Shown: positions 40,331 to 53,030 of the stretch, one piece after another
Layout: every line of letters starts with the position of its first letter
Numbering within the stretch: the first letter of the stretch is position 1
Assembly: GCF_036321535.1 (NCBI RefSeq)
Contig: NC_087436.1
Location: forward strand, 30,692,001-30,756,000
DNA: 64,000 bases
Origin: Camelus dromedarius
Taxonomy: Eukaryota
Reading direction: 5' to 3'
Program-made: the position numbers and the translations under genes
The notes under the pieces: model-generated
The model's input: the letters and a program-made list of their open reading frames with translations, nothing else
Told to the model about the DNA's origin: nothing
Databases searched by the model: none

Positions 40331-41323
40331 CAGGGCAAGCTTCAGGGATGTGAGACCTGTGCATTTGTAAAAAGCTTCATGCTCAGAAGGGCCTGTTTAA
40401 TGATCTGCAGTCATCATTTTGATAGTCTAAATAACTATATCAATGAATACATGTTTTTAAATTAAGTCTGATGGGACAATGAAGCATGCACAAAAGCTGA
40501 GGAGCTACATGAAATATACAATCCCCATTCCTCACTACCTTATTTGCATACACCATTCACAATGCCCCAAGTGTATAAAATTTCAGGGGACCCACAATGG
40601 CATGGGAGGTCAGGGAGACTCAAAGCAAGACAAGTTTAAACATGTTATATCAGTCACTGAGTTGAACAAAGGTGCTGATAGCTCCAAGATGCCATTCATT
40701 CTCTTCAGATCAGAACTTACTATGAGCATGGAAAGAAAGCAACAGCATTCCAAGAAACATGAACAACCAAAGAACCCTCTCATGTCCTTCCTTTCATGTC
40801 ATTTCCCTGTATTCAACCATTTATGCTAAAAGAATAACATAGAAAGGAAGAGAAAAATAGGGTAAACCAATTTCCAAAGTTTGTCCTTCCTTACTCATCA
40901 GCAAGCTATAGCTAGAGACTACTGGTAGAATGTGTACATTTCAATAAGTAAAATAAAAATAGGTGAGTTTATTTCGTGAAGTATTCCCATTCCACAGGTA
41001 AAAGCAAAATAGATATGCATATATGAGCTATGAAATAAGAACTGTGAAATATCAGCGATTTCATATACAGGCTAAATGTCCTCATGTTCTTATTTTAAAC
41101 TGACATTGCATTATATAAAGATGAATGGTATAATTTGTGCTAATAATTTAAATTTTTAATATTTCTTCTTTAAATGATAAAATGAGAAACAAAAAAATCA
41201 TCATGAGACTATAAAAGGGAAAAGCATTATATTTTAGTGCCTTTAATAGATATTTTTTTTTCCTGCTTCTTGAAGACAGGCCTCTTTTTGCAATGGATCA
41301 TGCAAATTACAGAGTTAGCCTTG
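40331..41323 (+). mobile_element. hAT-Tip100 non-autonomous DNA transposon (Zaphod/MER91/MER115-like)
   Basis: Ends cagggcaagcttcagggatgtgagacctgtgca...gctcagaagggcc and ttttgcaatggatcatgcaaattacagagttagccttg match recalled MER91/Zaphod termini. Confidence 0.7.
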
Positions 41324-41480
41324 TAGGGATATTTTATTATTGTAAGTTTTATGTTACAAATAAGGAAACTAAGACTCACAGGTATTAATTAATTCGCACC
41401 ATGTCAACAGCTGGTAAATGAAGGAAGAATCTTAAGCCAAGCAGTAAGGTGCCAGAATCAATGATCTAAATCACTACATC
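41324..41480 (-). mobile_element. MIR SINE fragment (continuation of the MIR starting ~39620)
   Basis: ttacaaataaggaaactaagactcacaggtattaattaattcgc. Confidence 0.65.
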
Positions 41481-41898
41481 AAATAGCATAGTATAGCATA
41501 AATAATACAGGATTTAAAATCATGACTGGAAATAAGTCCTTGTCCCTTCATTTAGTCTATGAGAAAGTCCCTTAAAGTTACTCTGACACAAAGTTTTATC
41601 ACAAAAAGGGCTATTAATATCTATATCATAAGTTTGTTGAGAAGTGCAAATAAATAATATATGTGAAAGCAATCTGAAACCACAGAAGCACTATGCAGAC
41701 ATTAGTTACAATAGTTCGGCTATTTTGAATGTTTATATGCAGCCAACTTACATGAAAATAAAATGCACCTTTTAGGAAATAATTAATGATAAGGTGATAA
41801 TTGCCAAAAACCCAGTACAACTGAGGCATTTTGAAATCTATGCAAATTGAATAGAAAAGTGAAATGAATTATCCACGTCATTTAGATTGGATAATTAG

Positions 41899-43163
41899 AG
41901 GATTGGCTGAGATGATGGAATAAAAAGTTCCTGAGTTCACCTCCTCTCATAAACACACCAAAATCACAACTATCTGCAAAACAATCATTGATGAAAAAGA
42001 TCAGAACCAACCAGAGAAGATCCACAACTAAAAACACAAAGAAGAAACCACGAGACAGGTAAGAGGGGCAGACTCACAATATAATCAAGTCCCATATTCT
42101 AGGCTGGGCAACCCACAAACTGGGAGAATAATTATATTGCAGAGGTTCTCCCTCAGGAGTGAGTTCTGAGGCTCACATTGGGTTCCCCAGCTCATGGGTC
42201 TTGCACTGGGAAGATGAGCCCCAAGCACATTTGGGTTTGAAGGCCAGCAGGGCATGATTTTGGGAGCCCCACAGGACTAGGGGAAATAGCAACTGCACTC
42301 TTAAAGGGCTCACAAAATCTCCCATGCACCAGAACCCAGAGAAAAAGCAATAATTTGATAGGAACCTGGGCCAGACTTACCTGCCAGTCTTGGAGGGTCT
42401 TCTGGAGAGGCAGGGGTGGCTCTGGCTCACCCTGGAGACACAGACACTGGCAGCAACCATATTTGGGATCTCGTTCTACCACGTGAATACTGGTGCAGTC
42501 AGGCAACGTCCAGGGACCCTTCCTCTAGCTCATTAGTGTCAAGACCTGGTGCTACCCAATAGCCTGTAAGTGACAGTGCTGGGACACCTCAAGTCAAACA
42601 ACTAACTAGGCAGGAACACAGCCCCATTTATCAGCAAACAGACTATCTAAAGTCTTCCTGAGCCCACAGCTGCCTCTAGATATGCCACTAGACACAGTCC
42701 CTCCCACCAGATGGCCAAGACCCAGCTCCACGCAGCAGTGGGCAGGCAACAGCTCTGGAGTCTTCTGGACCCTGAATTCACCCACTGGTGAGTCAGCACT
42801 AGCCCTGGGGTCCCCTGGGGTTCTGCAGCCAGCTGCCGAGGGGCCAGGCACCACTAACCAGCAGCCAGCAGCAACTGCACAAGGCAAGACCTGGCAACCA
42901 ACTGGGCTGGGGGGCCACAAAATCAGCCCTCCATGACAGAAAGACCCACCACAAACCTCTTAGGGGGAAACTCTAGAGTATATAGCTTGGGTGATGAGAG
43001 GGGAATATGCTGGGATACATAAGATGTCTCCTACAGAAGACCACTTCTCCAAGGTCAAGAAACGTAACCAACCTATTTCATACTTAAAAATACAAATAGC
43101 AACTTAGACAAAACGAGGAGACAAAGGAACATTTTCCAGACAAAAGAATAAGATAAAACCCCA
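41899..43163 (+). mobile_element. L1 5' UTR plus the first codons of ORF1 only
   Basis: Locally GC-rich; start cctgagttcacctcctctcataaacacaccaaaatcacaactatctgc is typical of laurasiatherian L1 5' UTRs. Ends with (ACG)RRQRNIFQTKE*DKTP at 43113, resembling an L1 ORF1p N-terminus. Confidence 0.8.
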
Positions 43164-46100
43164 GTTTGATAATTAATACATGCATCATCTGTGAGAATAA
43201 CTCTGGTAAATACTTACTTTTCCCTTTCAACAAACACTTTTATACTACATGAAAAAATGTTCTGATAAAAGCAAAATTCTAGCTTGTATCTTAATAGCTA
43301 AACAAAATGCCTCAATAAATTATTACCTTTCTTTAATGAAATAAATTCTTCACTAGGTTCTATACGTTCACTCATCTATTTAAATTCAATGTTTTGTGGG
43401 TCAAAATGCCAATGCTTCCACATTTATTTGATATTTAAATTGATATCATCAAAGCAAGTTCACTCATCATCAATTCAGTAAATGACATTATTCAAGAATT
43501 TTTCTTGCTTTAATTTATTCATTTATATAGTAGTTTCTTACCTGAAATTTGGAGGTTATATCTGAACTAATGATAAATTCAAAACACAAATCAAATATTT
43601 CAAAAAATATTAACATTTCAACCATTTAAAATGAATAGAGGAGAGTTTATGAATGCTGGACTCAATTCAACTCCCTTCTTAGTTTAGTTCAATTTGTAGG
43701 ACAAAAATTAAAAATAAGATCTCAATTTATAATTGTGCAAATGAAAAATGACTTTAAAGGTCTTTGTTGGAAACAGCTTAAAGACTTCTCTTTAAAAGAG
43801 AAAACATTATTTTCATTTTAGGGGAAAACATAAACCACCATGTTTGACCTCTCAGAACAAAGGATGTTAGTGTTTTTCCACTGTCAAGAAGTAAAAGATC
43901 AATTTCCTAAATGTTCTACTACTCCAGGTCACAGGTGTGAGAACAGTAATTTTACTGGTAAGTTCTTACAAAGCTGACTTTCTTTTTTGTTCTGAGGGAC
44001 TCTATTTCCTTCAAATAAAGAGAATAAAATGAAAATGACTTTAATCTTGGCCTTTCAGTGCTTTAACACACATTATAAGATTGTGTATCCCCGAAATTCA
44101 GTAAGGATAATTTGCGCTTTCTGAAATAGCATCTATAAAGTGAAATGCTGATGATTTTCTGTGATTTCAAGAATGTATCCCTTGAGTTAAAATTGACTTT
44201 GTGTTCCTCTTTATGCATATATCTAACTTTCTAATTTTTGATGTCTTCATCTTTTATTTTTCTTCTTTCTGATCTTTTCTCTAAATAAGGCTTTAGTTAT
44301 TATTTTTCCATTTGTGTTCATCAATGACATAATTTTATAGTGCATCTTTAAAATATTCTCTGTCCTGGGCATCTTCAGATCATTATACCACTTAATTCTC
44401 ACAATAACCCACTAAAACAGTTGATACCAAGCCTATTATGTGAAAAATAATGCTCAGATGAATATATCATGAAACACAATACATTTAGAAGAGATGCACG
44501 TGTGCTTTCAAGGCTAATATTTTATGTCTCTGTTTTCCCAAGGATATCTATCTCTTATAATGTCTGCAGCTCTTTACTTCTGCCCCAGCCTTAGTGGTTC
44601 TCTTGCTCTCACTTTCTATGTGTGTATGTTGGTTGCACTTTCTCTGATTTTCTGTTACTTTCTTATTTTCCTTTTTTCCTCCCTTCTTAAACTTGTTGAA
44701 TCTCTATCTGAGCTAGCTTTATTACAAATTTGGTAGGATTTTCATAGTTACAGAATTGAGTTTTATGCATCCTGTTACCATTTTTAAAGCATACAAGGAG
44801 CCTATTTCCCCTTGCTTTGGTTTCTACCAAATATATGTACTCTTTGTAGATATATATAAATGAATGAGGTGTGTTTTCCTTATAAAACTTCATAGTATCT
44901 CTTCCCTTCCTGTCTTTCTTTTCCCCTTCTTTTCACCTTTTTTTGTTAAGTCCTGTTTTAAGATTTTACTTCCATCTCCCCGGCATGTAAATCCATCAGA
45001 AAAGAGAATTCATATCTGGATTAGTATAATTACAGACACATTTATTTAAAGAATAAAAAGATTCCTATCTCAGAAAACAAAACAAAAAAATCAATATCTC
45101 CCCTTTTAAATTCTACTTTTGAAATGGTTTCTACTCATAAACACTTACAAGCCTAAATATTTTAAGAGCTCTTATTTTCAGTCTCTTCTAAAAATAAATG
45201 GTGATTCAAAAAATGGAAAGTATCAATATGGTACAGCATCCTTTATTCCTCATCACTTTTTTCTCCCACTCCAATATTTTATTTTATTGTCTTAGCATAT
45301 TCGTGTTTATTTATAAATAAAAGAATAATTACTGGTCACAAAAGAATACAACAAAAAAATGTGTGCACTTACAAAGAATGGAACGATTACCCAATTAAGC
45401 TATAACTGCAGGAAAGTAAAAAATAATTTGTGAAATATGCCTGTGAAATGCACCTATACATTTTCCAAGCTTCTTCTCTCTTTTTATTTGCATCTCTACG
45501 TGAAAGATATTGTGCTGCAGGAACAAATAGCCACATTAGACATGCCGGCACAGCTGCTGGGCAAGTTAAGTTTATTAAAACCTTAGGGTAGATATTTAAA
45601 ATACATGCTGGACTTTTCTAATGTCACGGAAACTAATGAAGTGAAGTGTATATTTTCATTATATCTTTTCTAATTCACACCTCACACAAACTTATATATT
45701 CTCATACAATAGATGCAATGAATTCTGCAGTTGTCAAAGCAGAGTTGGTATATCTGTATGTGCATAAATACAGGTAGCAATTAAAATTGCCAGTGAAGTG
45801 TGGACAAAAATCAAGCATAAAGATTCTTATATCAAAGGATCTCTACATTATGGTACTCTGTAAAGATACTTTTGGGGGAGGGGGCAAATTCTCAAATTAG
45901 AAACATACAGACCCCAGGAGAAAAACGGAAGATCGTGAAATGTTATTTTAACTACTCATACTGGAAATGTTTTACCTAGCTTTTGGCAAGTTTTGAAAAT
46001 TGATAACTTAAAGGCAATGGGTCTTTCCACTTCTATAACTAATGAGCAGTGGTTGAGAATACAGCCACAGAATCTGAGTTGGGTCTGTAATCTATCATGG

Positions 46101-46349
46101 GAGATGAAACATATAAAGAACTGTATAGTCTTGCACAGAGTAACACAGTAACTATTACCTATTACGACTTCAGTATTATCATCTTTATTTTTATTATTAT
46201 TTTATTGTTAGACGTCATCCCCATATATGTTGCTTAGTGAAAATATATATAAGGCTAATAATTAGGTGGATACTCATCAAAACAATAGGCACATTGTGTT
46301 TCTGTTGATTTGCCTGTGTGTGTCTATTATTAAAAGTATTTTTGGATCT

Positions 46350-46590
46350 TACCTATTCCCTGTGGTCAGGATATGGAATCTGGAGCCAAACTGTTTCCCA
46401 AACATGACACCTATCAGTTGTATGATCTTGGGCATGTCATTTTCTCTCTGTCTCAGAGTTCCTCTGCAAAGTGGAGATAAAAACAGTACATTTCACATGG
46501 GATATTTGTGAGGATTCAATGGGTTAATACACATAACTATGTTAGTGCAGTGCTCTTTGCTACTTTCAGCCTATGTGGCTATTATTTGTT
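46350..46590 (+). mobile_element. MIR SINE
   Basis: tctggagccaaactg...tgtatgatcttgggcatgtca...ctctgtctcagagttcctctgcaaagtggagataa. Confidence 0.75.
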
Positions 46591-48409
46591 TTCTAAACTC
46601 TTCTTTTATCAAGAAAGGTGGTAAAGGCAATATCTATAAAATGAAAAAATTAAATTATGTATATAATACATTACAGTCCACATCTGTCATGCATTGCTTT
46701 CCTAGTAACCTTGGATAAACAAGCATACCCTACATTGAATTATACTGATGCATGTGCACTGCATTTTTAAGTTTTCCTACTGCACAAAGACATGTAAGAG
46801 GATTAATAGAGGGAAAATAATTATTTTATGCACAAAGTCCCTGTGGAAAATATTTTTAGTTCTTTGAAGTGTTTTTCCCCCTCTCAACTAATTATCAAGT
46901 AGCTGCCTGATTGCTGATGATTGATGACTGATGTAGAGGAGGTTCAGCAGGTGCTAACAGTTTGGTTAGCGTAAGTGGTTCTGAGGAAGGAGCTGCACAT
47001 TTCTGAGGCAGACAGAGCTATAGAAGATTCTCTCAAGGGTGGTGATTTGGAGGGTAGGTGTAGAATTTGTGTTACAAATTTAAAAGAGTGGGATCTGAAG
47101 ATTGTTTTAAATATAATTGCCAATGATAATAATAGTTCTGCTTCTGACGATGATGCATAAAAGGTTCTTTGTATTTTAAACTTTAAGGAGACAAAAGAAA
47201 GTCAAGAAAAACTTGAGTCAAACCTAACTTCCCTAAATCTACTATTTAAATAAAAAAGCCTACAGTTATATTTTTTTAAACTGATGCATATTGCATGGTA
47301 AGTAAATTACAATGTTAGAATAAAAAATAAATGATTTATAACTATATAATTGATTATTACATAATTAAATAATTTATTGTTATTAAAACACAATGAAACT
47401 TGCATACTTTTATTAAATAAATATGTTGAGATTTAAAATTTTATTACTTTTCCACTAAAGTTAGAAATTAACACATTTTGTCTTACTATATAGATACAAA
47501 TAAGAATATATTTGACAGTTTTTAATAAATAATAAGCTGTAATTTCTTTATTTAAAACTAGTATATTATCTGAATGGAAGTCTGTTCAATTAAAATTTCA
47601 ACACACACATAAATGTTCTTGGAAAACTTCTCCCTTTAACAGTAATTTGCTGATTTAGTTAAGGCACTCTGAAAGAGGGAAAAAAATGAAATTCGACAAC
47701 ATCAGCTACAATGGGGAAACACATGTCACACTGAGATGTGATTGAGAGCCTATGGATGGTAGGTAAGACCTTGCCTGCATCTCATCATCTCCATAGAGTT
47801 TCTGAGTGTCCTCAACACACAGGGAAGAATGTTAGGATAGGAGTCAAATTCCCACAACCAGTATCAATGCTGGGTTGAAATATATGACCCCAAGCTAGCT
47901 ACACGGCATTCACCTCCTCTTGAACCCAAATCTACATCACATGATTTCAACACACTGTCTAGGTGCCTATAGGAGAAAAGCAAACAAAACAGAACTTAAG
48001 ATGAAAGTAGGGAGTGCACTGCAGACAGAATGACCTTATCTCGCTGGCCATGCAACAAGCTGTATGCAAAAGGGATGTAGAAAGAGAGAAAAGATTAAGA
48101 TAGCTATTCTACCCTAAAGATTTAGCCCTTGTGTTGGTCTTCCTACCACCTGGAAGGAGGAAATACAAGGAAAACCCCACAAGCGTTCCTCTTTTAATCC
48201 ACATCGCCTACTAGTAACTGTTCCATTAGACTCTGAGAAGACTATACCAGCAACTCCTCTCCCTGTACATGTACCTGAGAAAACCTAGGCAAAGCCAGCT
48301 GTAATAGCCCTTCTCTAGTGGTTGAGCATGATTTTTTTCTGCTATGCCATGAATTCCTTTCCTCATGCTACTAAGAGACATTGGTAGGGCCAAGATTATA
48401 ATTAGTGGA

Positions 48410-48660
48410 AAGAACATCAGCTAAACTTAATTGAGTACTTATGATTCCAGGCATTCTTCTCAGCAAATAAAATAAACTACCAATTTGATTGTCACAATAG
48501 CGTCCTGCAGTAAGTGCTATTATTGCCCTTTTTTACAGATAATGAAACTCTGGTAGAAAGAGATTAAGAAACTTGATCAAATTTTTATTCCAAGTAAGTG
48601 GTAGAATCAGAATTCAATTTAAATCTAAAGTCACCCCTTTAAAAAGTATACTCGACTGTG
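48410..48660 (-). mobile_element. MIR SINE
   Basis: ttgagtacttatgattccaggca...ttttacagataatgaaactc...gtaagtggtagaatcagaattcaa. Confidence 0.7.
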
Positions 48661-49012
48661 TCCACAATTACACAGACTTAGTCAAATCCCAGATTCTGTT
48701 ATCCTAGAAAAGTTACTTACAAATGGGAATTCTATTGCCTGACAGTTATTGTGAAAATTACATTAAATCACTTACAAGCTCCATCTCTCTCTGATTATTT
48801 TTTCCCTCTGTGGCACTCGTAACTCCCAAGTGCTCTCTGATTGCTTGCCTTTCACCCAGCAGTCCTTTGTTCGTCTTACTCTAGAATATGTTCACTGATG
48901 CATGGAAAACTTCTTCCTTGATAAAGAAGTATCTCTATTCTATTTACCTCTTCACAAACAAATTAATTTTATCTCCTAACTTTTAACTAAAATTTGACTT
49001 TTTGTATATGTA

Positions 49013-49190
49013 TTTTTTTATTGAAGTATAGTCAGTTTACAATATTGTGTCAATTTCTGGTGTACAGCACAATGCTTCAGTCATACATAAACATACGTAT
49101 ATTCATTCTCATATTCTTTTTCACCATAAGTTACCACACGATATCAAATACAGTTCCCTGCACTATACACAGCACAAACTTGTTGTTTAT
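49013..49190 (-). mobile_element. Short 5'-truncated, relatively young L1 3' end (cetartiodactyl type)
   Basis: ttttttattgaagtatagtcagtttacaatattgtgtcaatttctggtgtacagc...atacagttccctgcactataca. Confidence 0.8.
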
Positions 49191-49489
49191 CATATATATT
49201 TATGTATCTGTTAGTATCAGCATTGGGAGTTAGGAAATTGACTGTTCACTCCTAGCATTTTCCAGCTGAATTTCCTCTTTACTCCTAAACTCCTCCACTA
49301 TGCAGTTTCAAAGCAGGGACTATAGACAAAATATACAGAATGTGTGTGTGTATATATAAAAATATTATATATTTAATGTGTGCATTTTAATGTGAGTATA
49401 GTGCATGTGTATATATATGTATACACATACACATACACAGGAAGAAACTATATAGAATATATTCTATATTCTATTCCATCATATTAAAT

Positions 49490-49627
49490 ACATTAATCTA
49501 CATTTTAATTTTCACTCTTCCCCAAATGTCAAGAGTCCATGAGTGCTCACCAGGGTATCACTAGAGAGCAGACTGGTGTTTGGCACTTAGTGAGCTTCAA
49601 ATTATATTTGTTAAATGAATGAATGAA
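49490..49627 (+). mobile_element. L2 3' end
   Basis: tggcacttagtgagcttcaaattatatttgttaaatgaatgaatgaa. Confidence 0.7.
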
Positions 49628-50559
49628 AACTGAATTCTCAGGATATTTATAGATATATATAAATCCTGAGAAGGAAAAATCAAGGAGAATATGAACCACT
49701 TCCTAGCATTTACCTCCATAAATATGTAGAAATCCCAACAGCATATAAAAGCTCAATTTGTTTCATCTAGCAAAGCAAAAGAACACTGGCATCTTTGATA
49801 TTGCCATGCTTCAGATCTTTAATTTTATGAAAAGCACACCTAGGTCTAATTGCATCCAATTAAGATAAAATGAGAATACATTGTTGATGTTATTGACTTC
49901 ATAAATTTAATGCTCAATTACAAAATGACTCCAAACCACTGCCAAGATCTAGACAACTGTTGCCTCTCCTACGATTTCTTTTGCAAAAACAGCCTACATT
50001 ATAAATCACTTTGTATGCAATGAAGGTCAGCTGTCCATAGTTAATGGAATGTTTTCTTGCAGAATAATTTATGTATATTGCATTCTTTTATCAGAATATA
50101 CTTCTGACTACATATGGCCTGATACTGAAGTGCCTCTATATTTCTCAAGACAAATGTTTTAGTGAATGAAGGCCTGACTAAAAAAAAAGTGGATTGGATT
50201 TATTTTATACAATTAAAACTTAGATTTTAAAATCATTAGTAGTAATATGAATAATGGGCAAGTTTTTAATTTCAAAATCAGAAAATGTAAGAAGACTTTT
50301 TTGTATTTCATTAAACTGAACAAAGGAATATTCAAGTTATGGACTGGGAGAACTCTTGGTTTTTGAAATAGGAAAAAAAGATGAAGTCTAGCAGACAATA
50401 ACATATCTATGAGAAAATGTACATTTATATGTCAAAACTTCTCTTCATGAAGAGATGCCATGTCTGAAACCTCCTGTACCAAAATGTGTAGCTAACCTGA
50501 TTGTAACAACATGGAGAAAGGCCCAGTGACCTCTCCAACCAAGGATCTGTTTCTGAAGG

Positions 50560-50790
50560 CAGTAAGGTGAGATGACCTGGGTTTAAATCCCAAGTCAATC
50601 ATGTACTCTTTGTTAGGTCTTGGTCAAGTTTTCTTAACCTCATTTGCAAAATGCAGGTATTCATCTTTTTGGGTTTTCATGAAGATTAAATAAATAAAGT
50701 GATTAAATGAATTAAAACCTATGACATATTTAAAATAATACCTGGCTCATAGTAATTACTCTTTGTTATCTCTTATTTTATTTTTATTGT
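50560..50790 (+). mobile_element. MIR SINE
   Basis: gacctgggtttaaatccc...tcttggtcaagttttcttaacctcatttgcaaaatg. Confidence 0.75.
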
Positions 50791-51191
50791 TGAAGAACTT
50801 GTTCTGGCAAATATTTTTCCATGGCATAACAGGTCGGCAATCTGTCCACAAACATCAAAGTCCCTATGGGTCTGCCTCAAGTCATCTTGACTTCTAGTCA
50901 AAAACAGCAAGGGCTTTAGAGAAATAAAGGTAACTATGCCATTACTTATTTTACTGTTTACTAATTATACTTGGGGGGCAATCTACTTACCATGCCCAAG
51001 ACTTTTTTTTTTTAACCATCTATCTGTCTCCCACTATTGTCTGAGATTGTAATTTTGTAATTGTCCCTTATCTTTTTAGATTAACTCCAGGCAATATTAT
51101 GAAGAAAATAAACCAATGATTAGCCTAGACTAATGTTTCAGGGGGATTTTTTGATTATTACTTCTTAAGACAACTTGGAATGTTTGCACTA

Positions 51192-51379
51192 CAGCAATAT
51201 ATGCCCACAAAAAGCCCTGATTTGTAGCATTTGCCAGTTTCTGTGGTATGAATTGCGAATACCTCTACCAAGTGAAATTTCAAGCTGCCATAGTGACGTC
51301 AATGAATGTGGCATTGCGAAAAAAGATGCATACACTTGACCCTCTTGAGCCAATATGATCTCGTTTCAGTACATCACTG
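51192..51379 (-). mobile_element. MER63-like hAT MITE
   Basis: aaaaagccctgatttgtagcatttgcc...atttcaagctgcc...gtgacgtca...cagtacatcactg matches reversed MER63A. Confidence 0.8.
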
Positions 51380-51785
51380 CTTTTACCCAGTGCAGGATTC
51401 TTATCAGGTTGTGCTCAGTGTACAAAGTAACTTTCCCCAGGGGTAAGGGAAAAACATCCTCCGTCACAACATCCACAGAGAAACTCATGATCCCATGATG
51501 AGTCAGCAAATTCCAGGGTAACCAGTTACACAAATGGCTCAGATTCAGTCCTATTATCTAAAAAGCATTTTGCAGAGTATAATGGAGTGGGGAGACAGTA
51601 TTCTGTAGGATTTAAACGCTGAAAATCTATGTTTTAAAATATTCTACTTAGAAAAAAATCACGGAAAAGACGTGTAGTAAATAATAAGAAACTGAAAGCA
51701 ACAATTGGGCATCAAAGCACACACCAGAGAGTGTAGAACAAGATAAATATAAACTGGAGGGGAAAAAAACCAGTCTGCGTTGTAT

Positions 51786-51942
51786 CAGCATTTCTCAGAC
51801 TTTGAAGAGCATACAAATTACCTGGGTCTCTTGTTAAATGCAAATTCTGATTCACTAGGAGTGGGAAGGGGTCTACGATTTTGCATTTCTAATAGATGAT
51901 ACTGATTGCTCTAGTCTTAAAACTACACTTTGAAGAGCAAGG
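51786..51942. mobile_element. MER5-like hAT-Charlie MITE
   Basis: cagcatttctcagacttt...attacctggg...aatgcaaattctgattc...tgcatttctaa...cacactttga-like end. Confidence 0.8.
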
Positions 51943-52330
51943 TGCTAGATTATTTTAGCTACCTTCAGTTCTTCAGTGATAAGAAAATGACAACTTATTC
52001 TAGAAAAAAATATGCAAAGTAAGTAAACAGCACTGAATTGTTTTTAGAAATTGAAAACCCAGTCATTCTCATGGGGTGGAAGATAGGGAGGAGGTTTTTT
52101 GAATGTTTATTAGTTTGATGACTTATCTAGGAAGAAACAACAAATAGTTTGGAAAGCTGGAACAACTTTGTTGAGGCTTGAGAAGGAGGGAATCCATTTT
52201 GTTCTCTGGAATTTTTTGTAAGAAGCCATTTGCTGAGCAGTGAGGGGAGATTCACCTCATGTATCTTTTGGACATTCCAGATTTTCTTATCCTTGCAGCC
52301 CCTGAGATAAGTTATAGCATGAGCTAAGAG

Positions 52331-52398
52331 TATTATTAATCTTGATTACTGAAATTTTAGGTATCTCCTTAAATTTTGTGCCCAAGGTAAGCAACTCA
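52331..52398 (-). repeat. 68-bp second copy of the MER96B-like end segment
   Basis: 60/68 identical, ungapped, to 52952-53019 (counted by hand). Confidence 0.85.
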
Positions 52399-52814
52399 GT
52401 TTACTCCCTTCCACCTTTTCTACCACAGGATTGCAAACTGGACTTCTTTCCAGGCACCAACAGTATAGTGAGTCTGTCTCTAAGCCACTGTGTTCTCAGT
52501 CCACCTGTGGCATCATAAACAAAGACATCTAGCAATAGTCTCTTCCAAAGAATGTGAGATGTCAAGCTTCTCACTAGCCTTCAGTAGTATCAGATATTTT
52601 AGCATGTGATTCAGCCTAACAAGGAATTTTAAGAGAATTAGGTTCTAAATATGCGAGTTTGGGCTGCTGTCCATAACAGATTATTCTCCAAAGCGCATCT
52701 CCTCCATATTTTCCTGGATAATATTTTGAGAGTTAACATATGTAGTGTCTTCCTTCCTCTCTCCTCTGTGTAAATAAATAGCATGTTCCATGCTTAGGGA
52801 CAGTATGTGGCCAC

Positions 52815-53030
52815 CTGCACTATTCTAAGCCATATTGGAACCTGTGGCACAAGAAAAAATCAGAAATACTGATCCTGTCTTTATTTAAAATTTTGATACT
52901 TTGTTCATCATGCATTTTTGCATTAATTTTGATTTTTTAACTTACATTAAATATTATTAATCCTGATTACTGAGATTTTCAGTATCCCCTTAAATTTTGT
53001 GCCCAAAGTGAGTAACTCACTCATCGCTTT
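52815..53030 (-). mobile_element. MER96B-like hAT MITE
   Basis: gccatattggaacctg...tactgatcctgtctttatttaaaattttgat...tgattactgag...ccttaaattttgtgccc matches reversed MER96B. Confidence 0.8.

Noticed and set aside
42192..42936. Overlapping 84-104 aa ORFs in GC-rich sequence
   Set aside because: They lie within the L1 5' UTR; higher GC lowers stop-codon frequency.
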